DNA of 64,000 nt from the IMG/VR virus record IMGVR_UViG_3300017989_000078; one strand, 5' to 3'. The first letter of the stretch is position 1, and each line of letters starts with the position of its first letter. The notes beneath the pieces were generated by a model. It saw only the letters and a program-made list of their open reading frames with translations, searched no databases and had not been told where the DNA came from. Position numbers and translations under genes: made by a program. Source of the stretch: a virus. Shown here piece after piece: positions 26,960 to 34,650 of the stretch.

Positions 26960-27964
26960 ATGAAGGAAAAGTTTTGTGATAAGAAATTCAGAGAGACAAC
27001 CCTGCAATTGATAGAAACATGTGCGGGGATCTTGGACGAATATCAGTCTGAAGGATACAAGTTGACGTTGCGTCAGTTGTATTACCGCATAGTTGCGTTG
27101 GATTTATTCCCTGATGACAGGAGATGGCGTTGGGACCATGACCGCCGCAAATGGTACAGGGATCTCAATGGAACAAAAAACGCTCTACCCAATTACAAAT
27201 GGCTTGGTGGAATAGTTTCTGACGCTAGAATGGCCGGATTATTTGACTGGGATATGATTGTTGATCGTGGTCGCGAGACCATAGAAAACTCACACTGGAG
27301 GCATCCTGGTGAGATTCTCAAGGACGCGAAGGCATCGTTCGGTATAGATAAATGGCGAGAACAGCCATGTCATGTAGAGGTGATGTGCGAGAAACAGGCG
27401 TTGGAAGGTATACTTGAGCCTGTCTGTCTTGAACTGGACGTTCCATTCTGTTCAAACAAAGGGTATTCATCGCAGAGTTTTATGTATCGAAAAGGCAAAG
27501 AACTAAGAATACACGCCGATAACGAAAAGAGTATTCATGTCCTATACTTTGGGGATCATGATCCGAGTGGTTTGGACATGGACAGAGATGTGGAGGAGCG
27601 TATCGGTTTGTTTTGTAACTATGAAGCATTTGGTGGTTATTACGAGTTGAAGCGAATTGCACTTACAATGCCGCAGATCGATCTCTACGATCCTCCTGAG
27701 AATCCAGCGAAGCAAACAGACAGCAGATTCGCCGAGTACCAAAAGAGACACGGCGATTCCAGTTGGGAATTGGATGCACTTGAGCCAAAGGTTCTGGCTA
27801 GATTGGTGCGGAATTCTGTTGAAGATCTGCGTAACGAACAACTTTGGCAACAGGCGTGCGAAGATGAAGAAAATATGCGTTGTGAGTTGGAAGAAATATT
27901 CAAAGGATACAATCCTGCCAAGTGGTTTAAACTGTGGAAGAAAAGGTTGGAACTGGAAAGATAA
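26960..27964 (+). CDS. TopoVI-A/Spo11-like protein (5Y-CAP tyrosine motif plus Toprim)
   Basis: LTLRQLYYRIV resembles the R-x-(L/I)-(Y/F)-Y catalytic-Tyr motif. VEVMCEKQALEGIL is Toprim Glu-like. VLYFGDHDPSGLDM is DxDPxG Toprim-like. GGGAGGAG RBS before ATG 26960. Confidence 0.65.
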   Translation: MKEKFCDKKFRETTLQLIETCAGILDEYQSEGYKLTLRQLYYRIVALDLFPDDRRWRWDHDRRKWYRDLNGTKNALPNYKWLGGIVSDARMAGLFDWDMIVDRGRETIENSHWRHPGEILKDAKASFGIDKWREQPCHVEVMCEKQALEGILEPVCLELDVPFCSNKGYSSQSFMYRKGKELRIHADNEKSIHVLYFGDHDPSGLDMDRDVEERIGLFCNYEAFGGYYELKRIALTMPQIDLYDPPENPAKQTDSRFAEYQKRHGDSSWELDALEPKVLARLVRNSVEDLRNEQLWQQACEDEENMRCELEEIFKGYNPAKWFKLWKKRLELER

Positions 27965-27981
27965 TATTGGAGGGAAAAACG

Positions 27982-28677
27982 ATGGTAGAGGCAGAAAAGA
28001 ATGTATTGTTGGTGTCGATAACGACCGAACCTGGATGTTGTTTTGATGAAGGCGAATTCCTGCTGGCTATTTACAGTATCGAAGAAGGCTGGATTGGGGA
28101 GGAAGATTTTGATCTGGTTGACGAATGCGTAGTTGAGAACTTGTCTTCGGGAGACCTTCCTGAAGAGGGTTCAACATGTTTTAAATTAACAGAAACCGGG
28201 GAATGGGAAGACGTCCGCTGGCTCAAGTACTACGAAATAACGGAGAGGCTTGGGGTGGCTAGCGAGGAATCTGGGTTGCTACTTGTTTCAGATGACAGCA
28301 CTAGTAGTGAGAAAGAGAAAAAAACTATTGAGCGAGCCCAGAAAGAAATACTTCGGCTTCGTAAACTGATAAGAGAGGATCATCCTGGTATCGGTCTGAG
28401 CAATATTGCCATGGCGCTTAGCGAACCGATGGAGTGTGGGCACCACGTGGACTGTCTCGATGACGATACAAGCGAATGTGGGTATTGTAAGGCGATAGCC
28501 GGTCGGGACGCGTTGCGCGAGGTCATGGAAGAGATCTCAATGACATCGACTTCTATGGCACCAGGATACAATGATGAAGTATCACATTATCGGCAAATCG
28601 CGCTTAATCTCATCGGCAAAGGCACTTGCGCGATCATGGATGTATTTGGGGAGGAAGACGCGGGGGAAGAGGGGTAA
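27982..28677 (+). CDS. acidic hypothetical protein
   Basis: GGAGGGAAA RBS before ATG 27982. Confidence 0.55.
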   Translation: MVEAEKNVLLVSITTEPGCCFDEGEFLLAIYSIEEGWIGEEDFDLVDECVVENLSSGDLPEEGSTCFKLTETGEWEDVRWLKYYEITERLGVASEESGLLLVSDDSTSSEKEKKTIERAQKEILRLRKLIREDHPGIGLSNIAMALSEPMECGHHVDCLDDDTSECGYCKAIAGRDALREVMEEISMTSTSMAPGYNDEVSHYRQIALNLIGKGTCAIMDVFGEEDAGEEG

Positions 28678-29273
28678 TGCGTGAGCTGGCACTTTTCGCG
28701 GGCGCTGGTGGAGGAATACTTGGAGGCAAACTCCTTGGATGGCGCACTGTTTGCGCTGTTGAAATCGAACCATATGCCCGAGACATATTGCTGGCTAGAC
28801 AGAACGACGGAAACCTTGAGCCTTTTCCAATATGGGACGATGTCAAAACCTTCGACGGCCGGCCCTGGCGAGGAATTGTTGACGTGGTTTCGGGAGGGTT
28901 TCCGTGCCAAGACATCTCATGCGCTGGAAAGGGCGCAGGTATCGAGGGAGAAAGATCTGGACTTTGGGGCGAAATGGCAAGAATTATCGGTGAGGTACGA
29001 CCGCCGTTTGCATTTATGGAGAACGTTCCGTCACTTCGGTTACGTGGTCTTGCCGTGGTCATCGCGGACTTGGCCGGCCTGGGGTACGATGCGAGCTGGT
29101 GTCGTGTATCGGCGGAGAACGTCGGAGCGCCCCATCGCAGGGACCGAATCTGGCTTGTTGCCCACTCCAACAAAGAGCGCGGCAAGCCAGGGACAGAATC
29201 AACCGGACGGAAAACGTGGGCAGACTCTAGTGGGAGCGGCCCGGGGGCAGACGTGGCCGACACCAAGAAATAG
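28677..29273 (+). CDS. DNA (cytosine-5) methyltransferase, N-terminal catalytic part (motifs I-VIII)
   Basis: LFAGAGGG (I), GGFPCQDIS (IV), ENVPSL (VI), APHRRDRIWLVA (VIII). The frame then runs into unrelated sequence and stops at 29273. Confidence 0.85.
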   Translation: MRELALFAGAGGGILGGKLLGWRTVCAVEIEPYARDILLARQNDGNLEPFPIWDDVKTFDGRPWRGIVDVVSGGFPCQDISCAGKGAGIEGERSGLWGEMARIIGEVRPPFAFMENVPSLRLRGLAVVIADLAGLGYDASWCRVSAENVGAPHRRDRIWLVAHSNKERGKPGTESTGRKTWADSSGSGPGADVADTKK

Positions 29274-29670
29274 TACTGGACTGGACAAATCAAAGAGGCA
29301 CTTGAATCTGCAAGGGGCAGTGAAGTTGTGGCCAACGCCGATCAAGACCGATGCACTCAAAAGGGGGAAGGTATCTCCACGTCCCGGAGCAATGGGATTA
29401 TCCGAGACACTGGGAGGACAGTTGAATCCTGAATGGGTTGAATTGCTGATGGGTTGGCCGTTGAATTGGACGAGTATGATTCCAATGAACAGGGAAGAAT
29501 ACGAAAGATGGCTCAGTACGATAGAAGACAGATTTGCAGACGATTCTTGGGAGGACGGCATCTCCAGAGTTACTAAAACAAAGGACAATAGTGTACAACG
29601 ACTCAAGTGCTTGGGCAACGGACAGGTGCCGTTATCGGCGGCAGTAGCATGGAAGATACTCAAAGAGTAA
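28681..29670 (+). CDS. C5-MTase C-terminal part (target-recognition region and motifs IX-X) in the +1 frame
   Basis: The C-terminal half has LLPTPT, TWPTPR, LWPTPI, LNPEWVELLMGWPLNWT and RLKCLGNGQVP. The ORF is open from GTG 28681, and an internal ATG at 29089 is a possible real start. See finding. Confidence 0.65.
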   Translation: MSWHFSRALVEEYLEANSLDGALFALLKSNHMPETYCWLDRTTETLSLFQYGTMSKPSTAGPGEELLTWFREGFRAKTSHALERAQVSREKDLDFGAKWQELSVRYDRRLHLWRTFRHFGYVVLPWSSRTWPAWGTMRAGVVYRRRTSERPIAGTESGLLPTPTKSAASQGQNQPDGKRGQTLVGAARGQTWPTPRNSTGLDKSKRHLNLQGAVKLWPTPIKTDALKRGKVSPRPGAMGLSETLGGQLNPEWVELLMGWPLNWTSMIPMNREEYERWLSTIEDRFADDSWEDGISRVTKTKDNSVQRLKCLGNGQVPLSAAVAWKILKE

Positions 29671-29710
29671 ACGAAAAGCTAAATACAAGAAAAAAAGTAC
29701 GTGTACATAC

Positions 29711-29738
29711 TTGACTTTCGAAATCAGATGGCTACAAT
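29711..29738 (+). promoter_or_regulatory. sigma70-type promoter P3 (TTGACT-16 nt-TACAAT)
   Basis: -35 at 29711-29716 and -10 at 29733-29738, in an intergenic gap. Confidence 0.55.
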
Positions 29739-29796
29739 GAGAGAGTAATGTTTAGAGAATCTACAGACCAATTTGCAAGTAACGGAAGGAGGACCG

Positions 29797-30162
29797 ATGA
29801 AGAACTTCGGAATCATGATGTTGTTCTGCATACTGGCGACGGCATTATTCGCATCGAGCGCGATGGCCAACGTCGATATGAACGAACCGACGCTGGGAAA
29901 GGGGGTGACCGCCGAAATTGTTCCGATGGTCACCACTGCCATGCCGGCAGTACAAGAGGCGAAAGCGATCGCGATCCGCGGCGCAGACGTCGAGGTAACT
30001 GTGCTGAAGTGTTTTACGGGACCCGCCGCAATGGCGAAACAACACATAAGAAATCAGATAGTTGCCAGCGAAGATCAATACACAACGAACAGAAACTTGC
30101 CCATGCTATGGCGAGGATCTACAGCCCAAGACTCCCCTATCCACCAATGGATCAAATCCTGA
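29797..30162 (+). CDS. small secreted protein
   Basis: GGAAGGAGG RBS; signal-peptide-like MKNFGIMMLFCILATALFASSAMA. Confidence 0.6.
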   Translation: MKNFGIMMLFCILATALFASSAMANVDMNEPTLGKGVTAEIVPMVTTAMPAVQEAKAIAIRGADVEVTVLKCFTGPAAMAKQHIRNQIVASEDQYTTNRNLPMLWRGSTAQDSPIHQWIKS

Positions 30163-30213
30163 CGTAAGACGTCCAAAACCGATCCCAGGCCCAGAAAAGA
30201 TTAATCGACATAC

Positions 30214-30243
30214 TTGACAGCCCGATAGGCCCTGTTGTATATA
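30214..30243 (+). promoter_or_regulatory. sigma70-type promoter P4 (TTGACA ... TATATA)
   Basis: -35 at 30214-30219. Best -10 is TATATA at 30238-30243 (18-nt spacer), or TGTATA at 16 nt. It ends only 7 nt before ATG 30251. Confidence 0.5.
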
Positions 30244-30250
30244 CACCAAT

Positions 30251-30454
30251 ATGGCTTCTAGACCAAAAAAAACCAGAACAGAGCAGATAAACATACGCCT
30301 CACCCCAGAGGAAAAAGAGATGATCCAGGGCTTTGCAGAGGCCATGGAAATCACAATCACACAACTCATGGTGGAAGCCACCTATGACAAGATGGAGAAA
30401 GAGACCGGCCAGACTTTCAAGGGAACTCTGCGCCGATTCGTCGAAGGTAACTAG
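30251..30454 (+). CDS. ribbon-helix-helix DNA-binding protein
   Basis: INIRLTPEEKEMIQGFAEAMEITITQLMVEA. No RBS; probably leaderless (see finding). Confidence 0.6.
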   Translation: MASRPKKTRTEQINIRLTPEEKEMIQGFAEAMEITITQLMVEATYDKMEKETGQTFKGTLRRFVEGN

Positions 30455-30456
30455 GG

Positions 30457-31101
30457 ATGCCTATCAAAAGAAACAAAAATGGGAGATGGGTCAAACCGCC
30501 TAAGAGCAGGCGAACTGGGATGGCTCCTGGAAAGGGGGGCATCAAGTCAAAGCCAGGTAGCACTAGGGGCCCAGGGATAAAGCCGGCCACTTATAACAAG
30601 CTCATGGACGCGTTTTTCGTACACCAAAGTATCCAAAAAGCAGCCGATACGGCCGGGGTTGGTTGGAAGTGCGCGAAGTTCTATATCGATGGTCCCGGGA
30701 AGCCTCAGAACGGGATGGGACCGATCCGACAGGCCTACCTGGACGTGCAGGTCGAAGCCCAGGAGAAGAAGCAACTGACGTTGTTACGGTTTCATGAGGA
30801 GCAGACTAAGGAACTGGAAGAGATATTGGCCGTGACCCTTGCCGAGTTGCGTCTGATTAAAGCGGAGATATTGGAACGCGCCAAAGAATTTCATGACAGT
30901 AATGGAAAGACAATCAAGACCGGGGCAACGCTGGGGTCGGCTCTAAAGACGTACGAGAGAGGGGCGAAACTGATGGAGCGGTTCCTCGGTGGGCCCGACC
31001 AGATACACGAACATCGTGTTGACGATACCTATGCCAACTGGACAGATGAGGAGTTGGTGGAATTCATGACTACCGGCAAGATGCCGGATCACGCCCGCTA
31101 G
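30457..31101 (+). CDS. hypothetical protein with basic N-terminus and HTH-like segment
   Basis: 214-aa ORF; SIQKAADTAGVGWKCAKFYI is HTH-like. Confidence 0.55.
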   Translation: MPIKRNKNGRWVKPPKSRRTGMAPGKGGIKSKPGSTRGPGIKPATYNKLMDAFFVHQSIQKAADTAGVGWKCAKFYIDGPGKPQNGMGPIRQAYLDVQVEAQEKKQLTLLRFHEEQTKELEEILAVTLAELRLIKAEILERAKEFHDSNGKTIKTGATLGSALKTYERGAKLMERFLGGPDQIHEHRVDDTYANWTDEELVEFMTTGKMPDHAR

Positions 31102-31116
31102 GGCGGAGGGGGGGAT

Positions 31117-31605
31117 ATGGTAAAGGAAAAGCGTTTGAGTAACTCTTGGATACTCGAGGAACTCAGGAAGTTCGTTGATCGATGCGGCTTGTTTGAAGGT
31201 GATCCTAACTTTGAGCAAGTAGATCAGGCCCACTTTGGTTATCTGAATACTGACCTGCTTAGGTCTCTTGATCCGGACACCAAAGATGGGATGTTTGGTA
31301 TGTGGTTAATAGACGAGCTTGAGGGTATCGACTTTATTGGGGAGATAAAGTCAGCAGGAGCGGTTACGATAGAACATCCGCGCGATGCACCTAAAATAAT
31401 GCTGCACACGGTGTTTAGTGCCATGACCAAAGAGTTGGCGAAATATTCGGATGAAATACCAGGACCAGAGGACGGTCGTTTATGTATCAAGACGCAGGTA
31501 CCTATCAAGGTTAGCCCGTTTATAATAAAGCCACCTGCTGTTCATGAAAATGATGTTGGTTTTTGTGTCAAAATACGCGTTACGTGCGCAAGAAGTGGGA
31601 TGTAG
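31117..31605 (+). CDS. hypothetical protein
   Basis: GGAGGGGGGG RBS. Confidence 0.55.
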   Translation: MVKEKRLSNSWILEELRKFVDRCGLFEGDPNFEQVDQAHFGYLNTDLLRSLDPDTKDGMFGMWLIDELEGIDFIGEIKSAGAVTIEHPRDAPKIMLHTVFSAMTKELAKYSDEIPGPEDGRLCIKTQVPIKVSPFIIKPPAVHENDVGFCVKIRVTCARSGM

Positions 31606-31658
31606 TCCCGGACGTTCTCGGCTCGGCAAGCAAAAACACGGACAAGGGATAAAAAGTA

Positions 31659-31686
31659 TTGACAGGCCAAGCGAAGGTGGTATTGT
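31659..31686 (+). promoter_or_regulatory. sigma70-type promoter P5 (TTGACA-16 nt-TATTGT)
   Basis: -35 at 31659-31664 and -10 at 31681-31686, with an A-tract upstream. Confidence 0.55.
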
Positions 31687-31723
31687 GGGTTTGTAAGGAT
31701 GATTCATAAAGGGGAGTGGAAAA

Positions 31724-32308
31724 TTGAGTAATTCTAGAGAAAATCCAGGCAATTCGGAACAAGAGATAAAGCCGTGCCCATACAGACTCTTTGATGAAGA
31801 GCATCTGACAATATGTGCTTCTAAGACAATGGAACACGGACTTGTTGAAACTCGGTTATATTGGGTTGAATGTTCCAGTTGTGGCGCGAGGGGCCCGCGC
31901 CGTATGGACCCGACAATAGCCATTGGATTCTGGAACTCCGTTGCTAAAAGTGGAGAATGCACTTTTAGGCCCGACATCGAGCGCAGAAATGTTTTTGAAG
32001 TTGAAGTCACCGCAGATGAGGTTGAGAAAGGTGTGCTTGAGACAACGAATGGTCTTGGTTCGGCAGTAGGTACAGAGCCAGAGAGTGTAAAACACGCATT
32101 CAATGAGCAAGTCTATGAAAATGCGCTGTATATTGTCGATGTTAGCAAAGAAATGCTCGCACATATGATGGGACTCACTCCATGGTCTCTCTATCTCCGT
32201 GTGGTCGGCACGCTAGGATGGTCATCCGAAGAACTGAAATTGCTCTCTAAAATTCTTCAGGTTCCGTGGGAGCAGTTACTTATAACTCATGAGCAATCTG
32301 AGAAATAG
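31724..32308 (+). CDS. Lar-like zinc-ribbon domain fused to a C-terminal HTH-like region
   Basis: CPY...VECSSCGARGPRRMDPTIAIGFWNS resembles the Lar restriction-alleviation family pattern C..CGA.GP...AI..WN. TTG start behind GGGGAG. Confidence 0.55.
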   Translation: MSNSRENPGNSEQEIKPCPYRLFDEEHLTICASKTMEHGLVETRLYWVECSSCGARGPRRMDPTIAIGFWNSVAKSGECTFRPDIERRNVFEVEVTADEVEKGVLETTNGLGSAVGTEPESVKHAFNEQVYENALYIVDVSKEMLAHMMGLTPWSLYLRVVGTLGWSSEELKLLSKILQVPWEQLLITHEQSEK

Positions 32309-32316
32309 GAGTTGAA

Positions 32317-32556
32317 ATGGCACTAATTACATGCGGGCAGATTGCAAGGTCGGCAGAAAAATTCATCAATGAGCATAATGACGATTTACCGATAAGGATA
32401 GGAGTAACGGTAATTGACAATATTGTACCAGGTGAGGCTGGCCTGTTGCTGATGGAGAACCCCCCAACTGCTTTTCTGGCTACGATGTTATACGGCGCTG
32501 GTGTTTCCCTTTTGCGGACTGCCAAACGGGTGGAACAGCGGGCAAGGGAGCAATGA
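32317..32556 (+). CDS. small membrane protein
   Basis: AGGAG RBS; hydrophobic segments. Confidence 0.5.
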   Translation: MALITCGQIARSAEKFINEHNDDLPIRIGVTVIDNIVPGEAGLLLMENPPTAFLATMLYGAGVSLLRTAKRVEQRAREQ

Positions 32557-32566
32557 GAGGAATATC

Positions 32567-32749
32567 ATGGGAATCTTCGATTTCGTAGAGGATGTGATTG
32601 ATTCGGCAGTGGAAACACCGGGTAAAGTGGTGGAGGTGGTTTCGGAGGCAGTGGCTCGAACACATGAGACTGCCGTCAAGACGGTGGCAGGAGTTGCCAA
32701 GGGAGTGGAGAAGGCTATTAGAAAGGCCGAAGAGGCACTGGGGGATTAG
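32567..32749 (+). CDS. small hypothetical protein
   Basis: ATG 32567 behind GAGAGGAA. Confidence 0.45.
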   Translation: MGIFDFVEDVIDSAVETPGKVVEVVSEAVARTHETAVKTVAGVAKGVEKAIRKAEEALGD

Positions 32750-32769
32750 ATGCTACGAGTAGGGAGGGG

Positions 32770-33078
32770 ATGATGGAGAAGAATCAGACGGCTGAGGCCA
32801 TCATGAAGAGAATAGGTCAGCATGTCGACAATCTCGACAGTACTCGCGGTCCCCGTACTAAGATAAAGATTCTGGGTGATCCTTCGGTAGCGTCTGAACT
32901 TGTCGAGATTACGATGGTGCAGGCCGTACCTCGAAGATACGAGGCCAAGGGCCCCTATTTCCCAGGTGAACAGACAGGCGAGGGGGCCACCGAAGAAGAT
33001 GCCAAGAGTGATCTGATTCGGAAAGTGGCTCAATACGTATTAAATTCGGGCAACGGCAATCCAATCGCGGTGATCTAG
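32770..33078 (+). CDS. hypothetical protein
   Basis: GGGAGGGG RBS. Confidence 0.5.
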   Translation: MMEKNQTAEAIMKRIGQHVDNLDSTRGPRTKIKILGDPSVASELVEITMVQAVPRRYEAKGPYFPGEQTGEGATEEDAKSDLIRKVAQYVLNSGNGNPIAVI

Positions 33079-33139
33079 CAGACCAAGGCGAACGAAAGTT
33101 GGTTCTATGGGGGCCGAATAAAGTGCGGGAGGGATCGAG

Positions 33140-33430
33140 ATGATAGAAGTGCCAGGACGTGACATGCGACCGAAACTGGGATTCTGGGCACCAGGTCACT
33201 ACCTGCGGGGATGTATTCTGTGTGATGGCAAGTTCATCGGAGATAAACGCGCACAAGTTTGTGCGGACTGTGCCTACGTCCCTGGCAACTCATCATTACT
33301 GGTGCGTGGTGCCATTATAGTGTCTGGGTTTGCTCAAGAGATGTACGCCAAGTATTTAATGCTGAAGGTTCGGCATATTGTGGAACAACGCAAGAAACGA
33401 CAGGAGACTGGAGGAGGGGACAATGGGTAA
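33140..33430 (+). CDS. hypothetical Cys-containing protein
   Basis: GGGAGGGA RBS. Confidence 0.5.
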   Translation: MIEVPGRDMRPKLGFWAPGHYLRGCILCDGKFIGDKRAQVCADCAYVPGNSSLLVRGAIIVSGFAQEMYAKYLMLKVRHIVEQRKKRQETGGGDNG

Positions 33431-34346
33431 GCGCACAAGTGAACAGTGGATAGAATGTTTTAAATCACATCCTTTGACTGCAACTCTAGCAAGGCACCAG
33501 ATGATGGATCTGGCTAGAGCATTGGAGGGATCAGATCCGACTCTGGACACGGACGAAGAGGTCCAACTTTGTATGTGTCCGTTTTGTCTCAAATGGGGAC
33601 CGGATGCGTTTTTTGTAGAAAACGACAAAGCCAAAGCACAAGTTGTGACTGACTATGAAGTTGGACATTGGGTTGTGTGTCGTCATTGTCTGACAAGGGG
33701 GCCTATTAAAAGGTCGCATGATGACGCAGTTAGGGCGTGGAATGATCGTGAGTTACCTGAACTAACCGGTGTTGAAGATGTAGCCACCGAGGAACTCTAT
33801 TACATCAGCAGTGGTGATATAATATCTGAAAGAATCCTGTGGATAGTGAAAGGTAATCAGATTTGTAGTTCAGATCTGGCTGGTGCTTCGGTTTTTACCC
33901 TGGATGAAGCTATGGCATACTTGCAGGACGAGAACGGCTGGCGTTACTGGAAGATTTTTCCAAAGAAGTACGTAGACCAGCAATGTGGCAGGGTCGTGTT
34001 GAGTAGTAATTTTGACGATTCGATGGCGATAGAAGCAGAACATCGAGACGTAGTCAAAGGCGATGAGACAGAGGACGATATAGAAGAACCTTTGAGCAGG
34101 AAGTACAAACAACTGAAGCACGACTATCAGGCTCTACAAAACCAGGAAATGCTAAAGAGCAAGGATCTCAGAAGATATGGTGCGTTGGATCTATCAGAGT
34201 TTGAGACACATTTAATGGAAACTGTTTCACAGTGCATTCCGGATGAAGGTGTCGAGCGACATCTGAAGAGGCAACTGGACTTGGTTCATAAACTACAATC
34301 AAAGTACAAAAGAGGTGGGGACGATGAAAGAACAAGAACTACGTGA
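33423..34346 (+). CDS. Lar-like zinc-ribbon domain protein with a long C-terminal extension
   Basis: MCPFCLKWGP...VVCRHCLTRGPIKRSHDDAVRAWNDRE. ATG 33423 overlaps the upstream stop. Confidence 0.55.
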   Translation: MGKRTSEQWIECFKSHPLTATLARHQMMDLARALEGSDPTLDTDEEVQLCMCPFCLKWGPDAFFVENDKAKAQVVTDYEVGHWVVCRHCLTRGPIKRSHDDAVRAWNDRELPELTGVEDVATEELYYISSGDIISERILWIVKGNQICSSDLAGASVFTLDEAMAYLQDENGWRYWKIFPKKYVDQQCGRVVLSSNFDDSMAIEAEHRDVVKGDETEDDIEEPLSRKYKQLKHDYQALQNQEMLKSKDLRRYGALDLSEFETHLMETVSQCIPDEGVERHLKRQLDLVHKLQSKYKRGGDDERTRTT

Positions 34347-34650
34347 AAGAGCAACGTGCGGAGTCTGTAGGAAAAGAATCGGTCATACAGGGCTGCCCAT
34401 GTTCTGGACTTTAAAAATCGAGAGGCACGGGTTGAAGGCCGATGCGATGCGACGCCAGGACGGCTTGGCTGCGATACTTGGCAATAGCGTTCTAGCCAGT
34501 GTCATGGGTCCGCACGAGGAGATGACAACTCCACTCATGGATAAGCCGGTGACAGTGACGGTGTGCGAATCCTGTGCCGTGGAACGTGTGTGCATCGCTC
34601 AGATTGCCGAAGAGCATGGCAAGAATGATGACGAAGATGAGGAAATCTAA
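34324..34650 (+). CDS. hypothetical zinc-ribbon protein
   Basis: CGVC...CESC; ATG 34324 behind GGTGGGGA. Confidence 0.5.
   Translation: MKEQELRERATCGVCRKRIGHTGLPMFWTLKIERHGLKADAMRRQDGLAAILGNSVLASVMGPHEEMTTPLMDKPVTVTVCESCAVERVCIAQIAEEHGKNDDEDEEI

Noticed and set aside
30457-31101. Small terminase annotation
   Set aside because: It has only a basic N-terminus and an HTH-like stretch, and it lies 9 kb upstream of terL in a separately promoted early operon.
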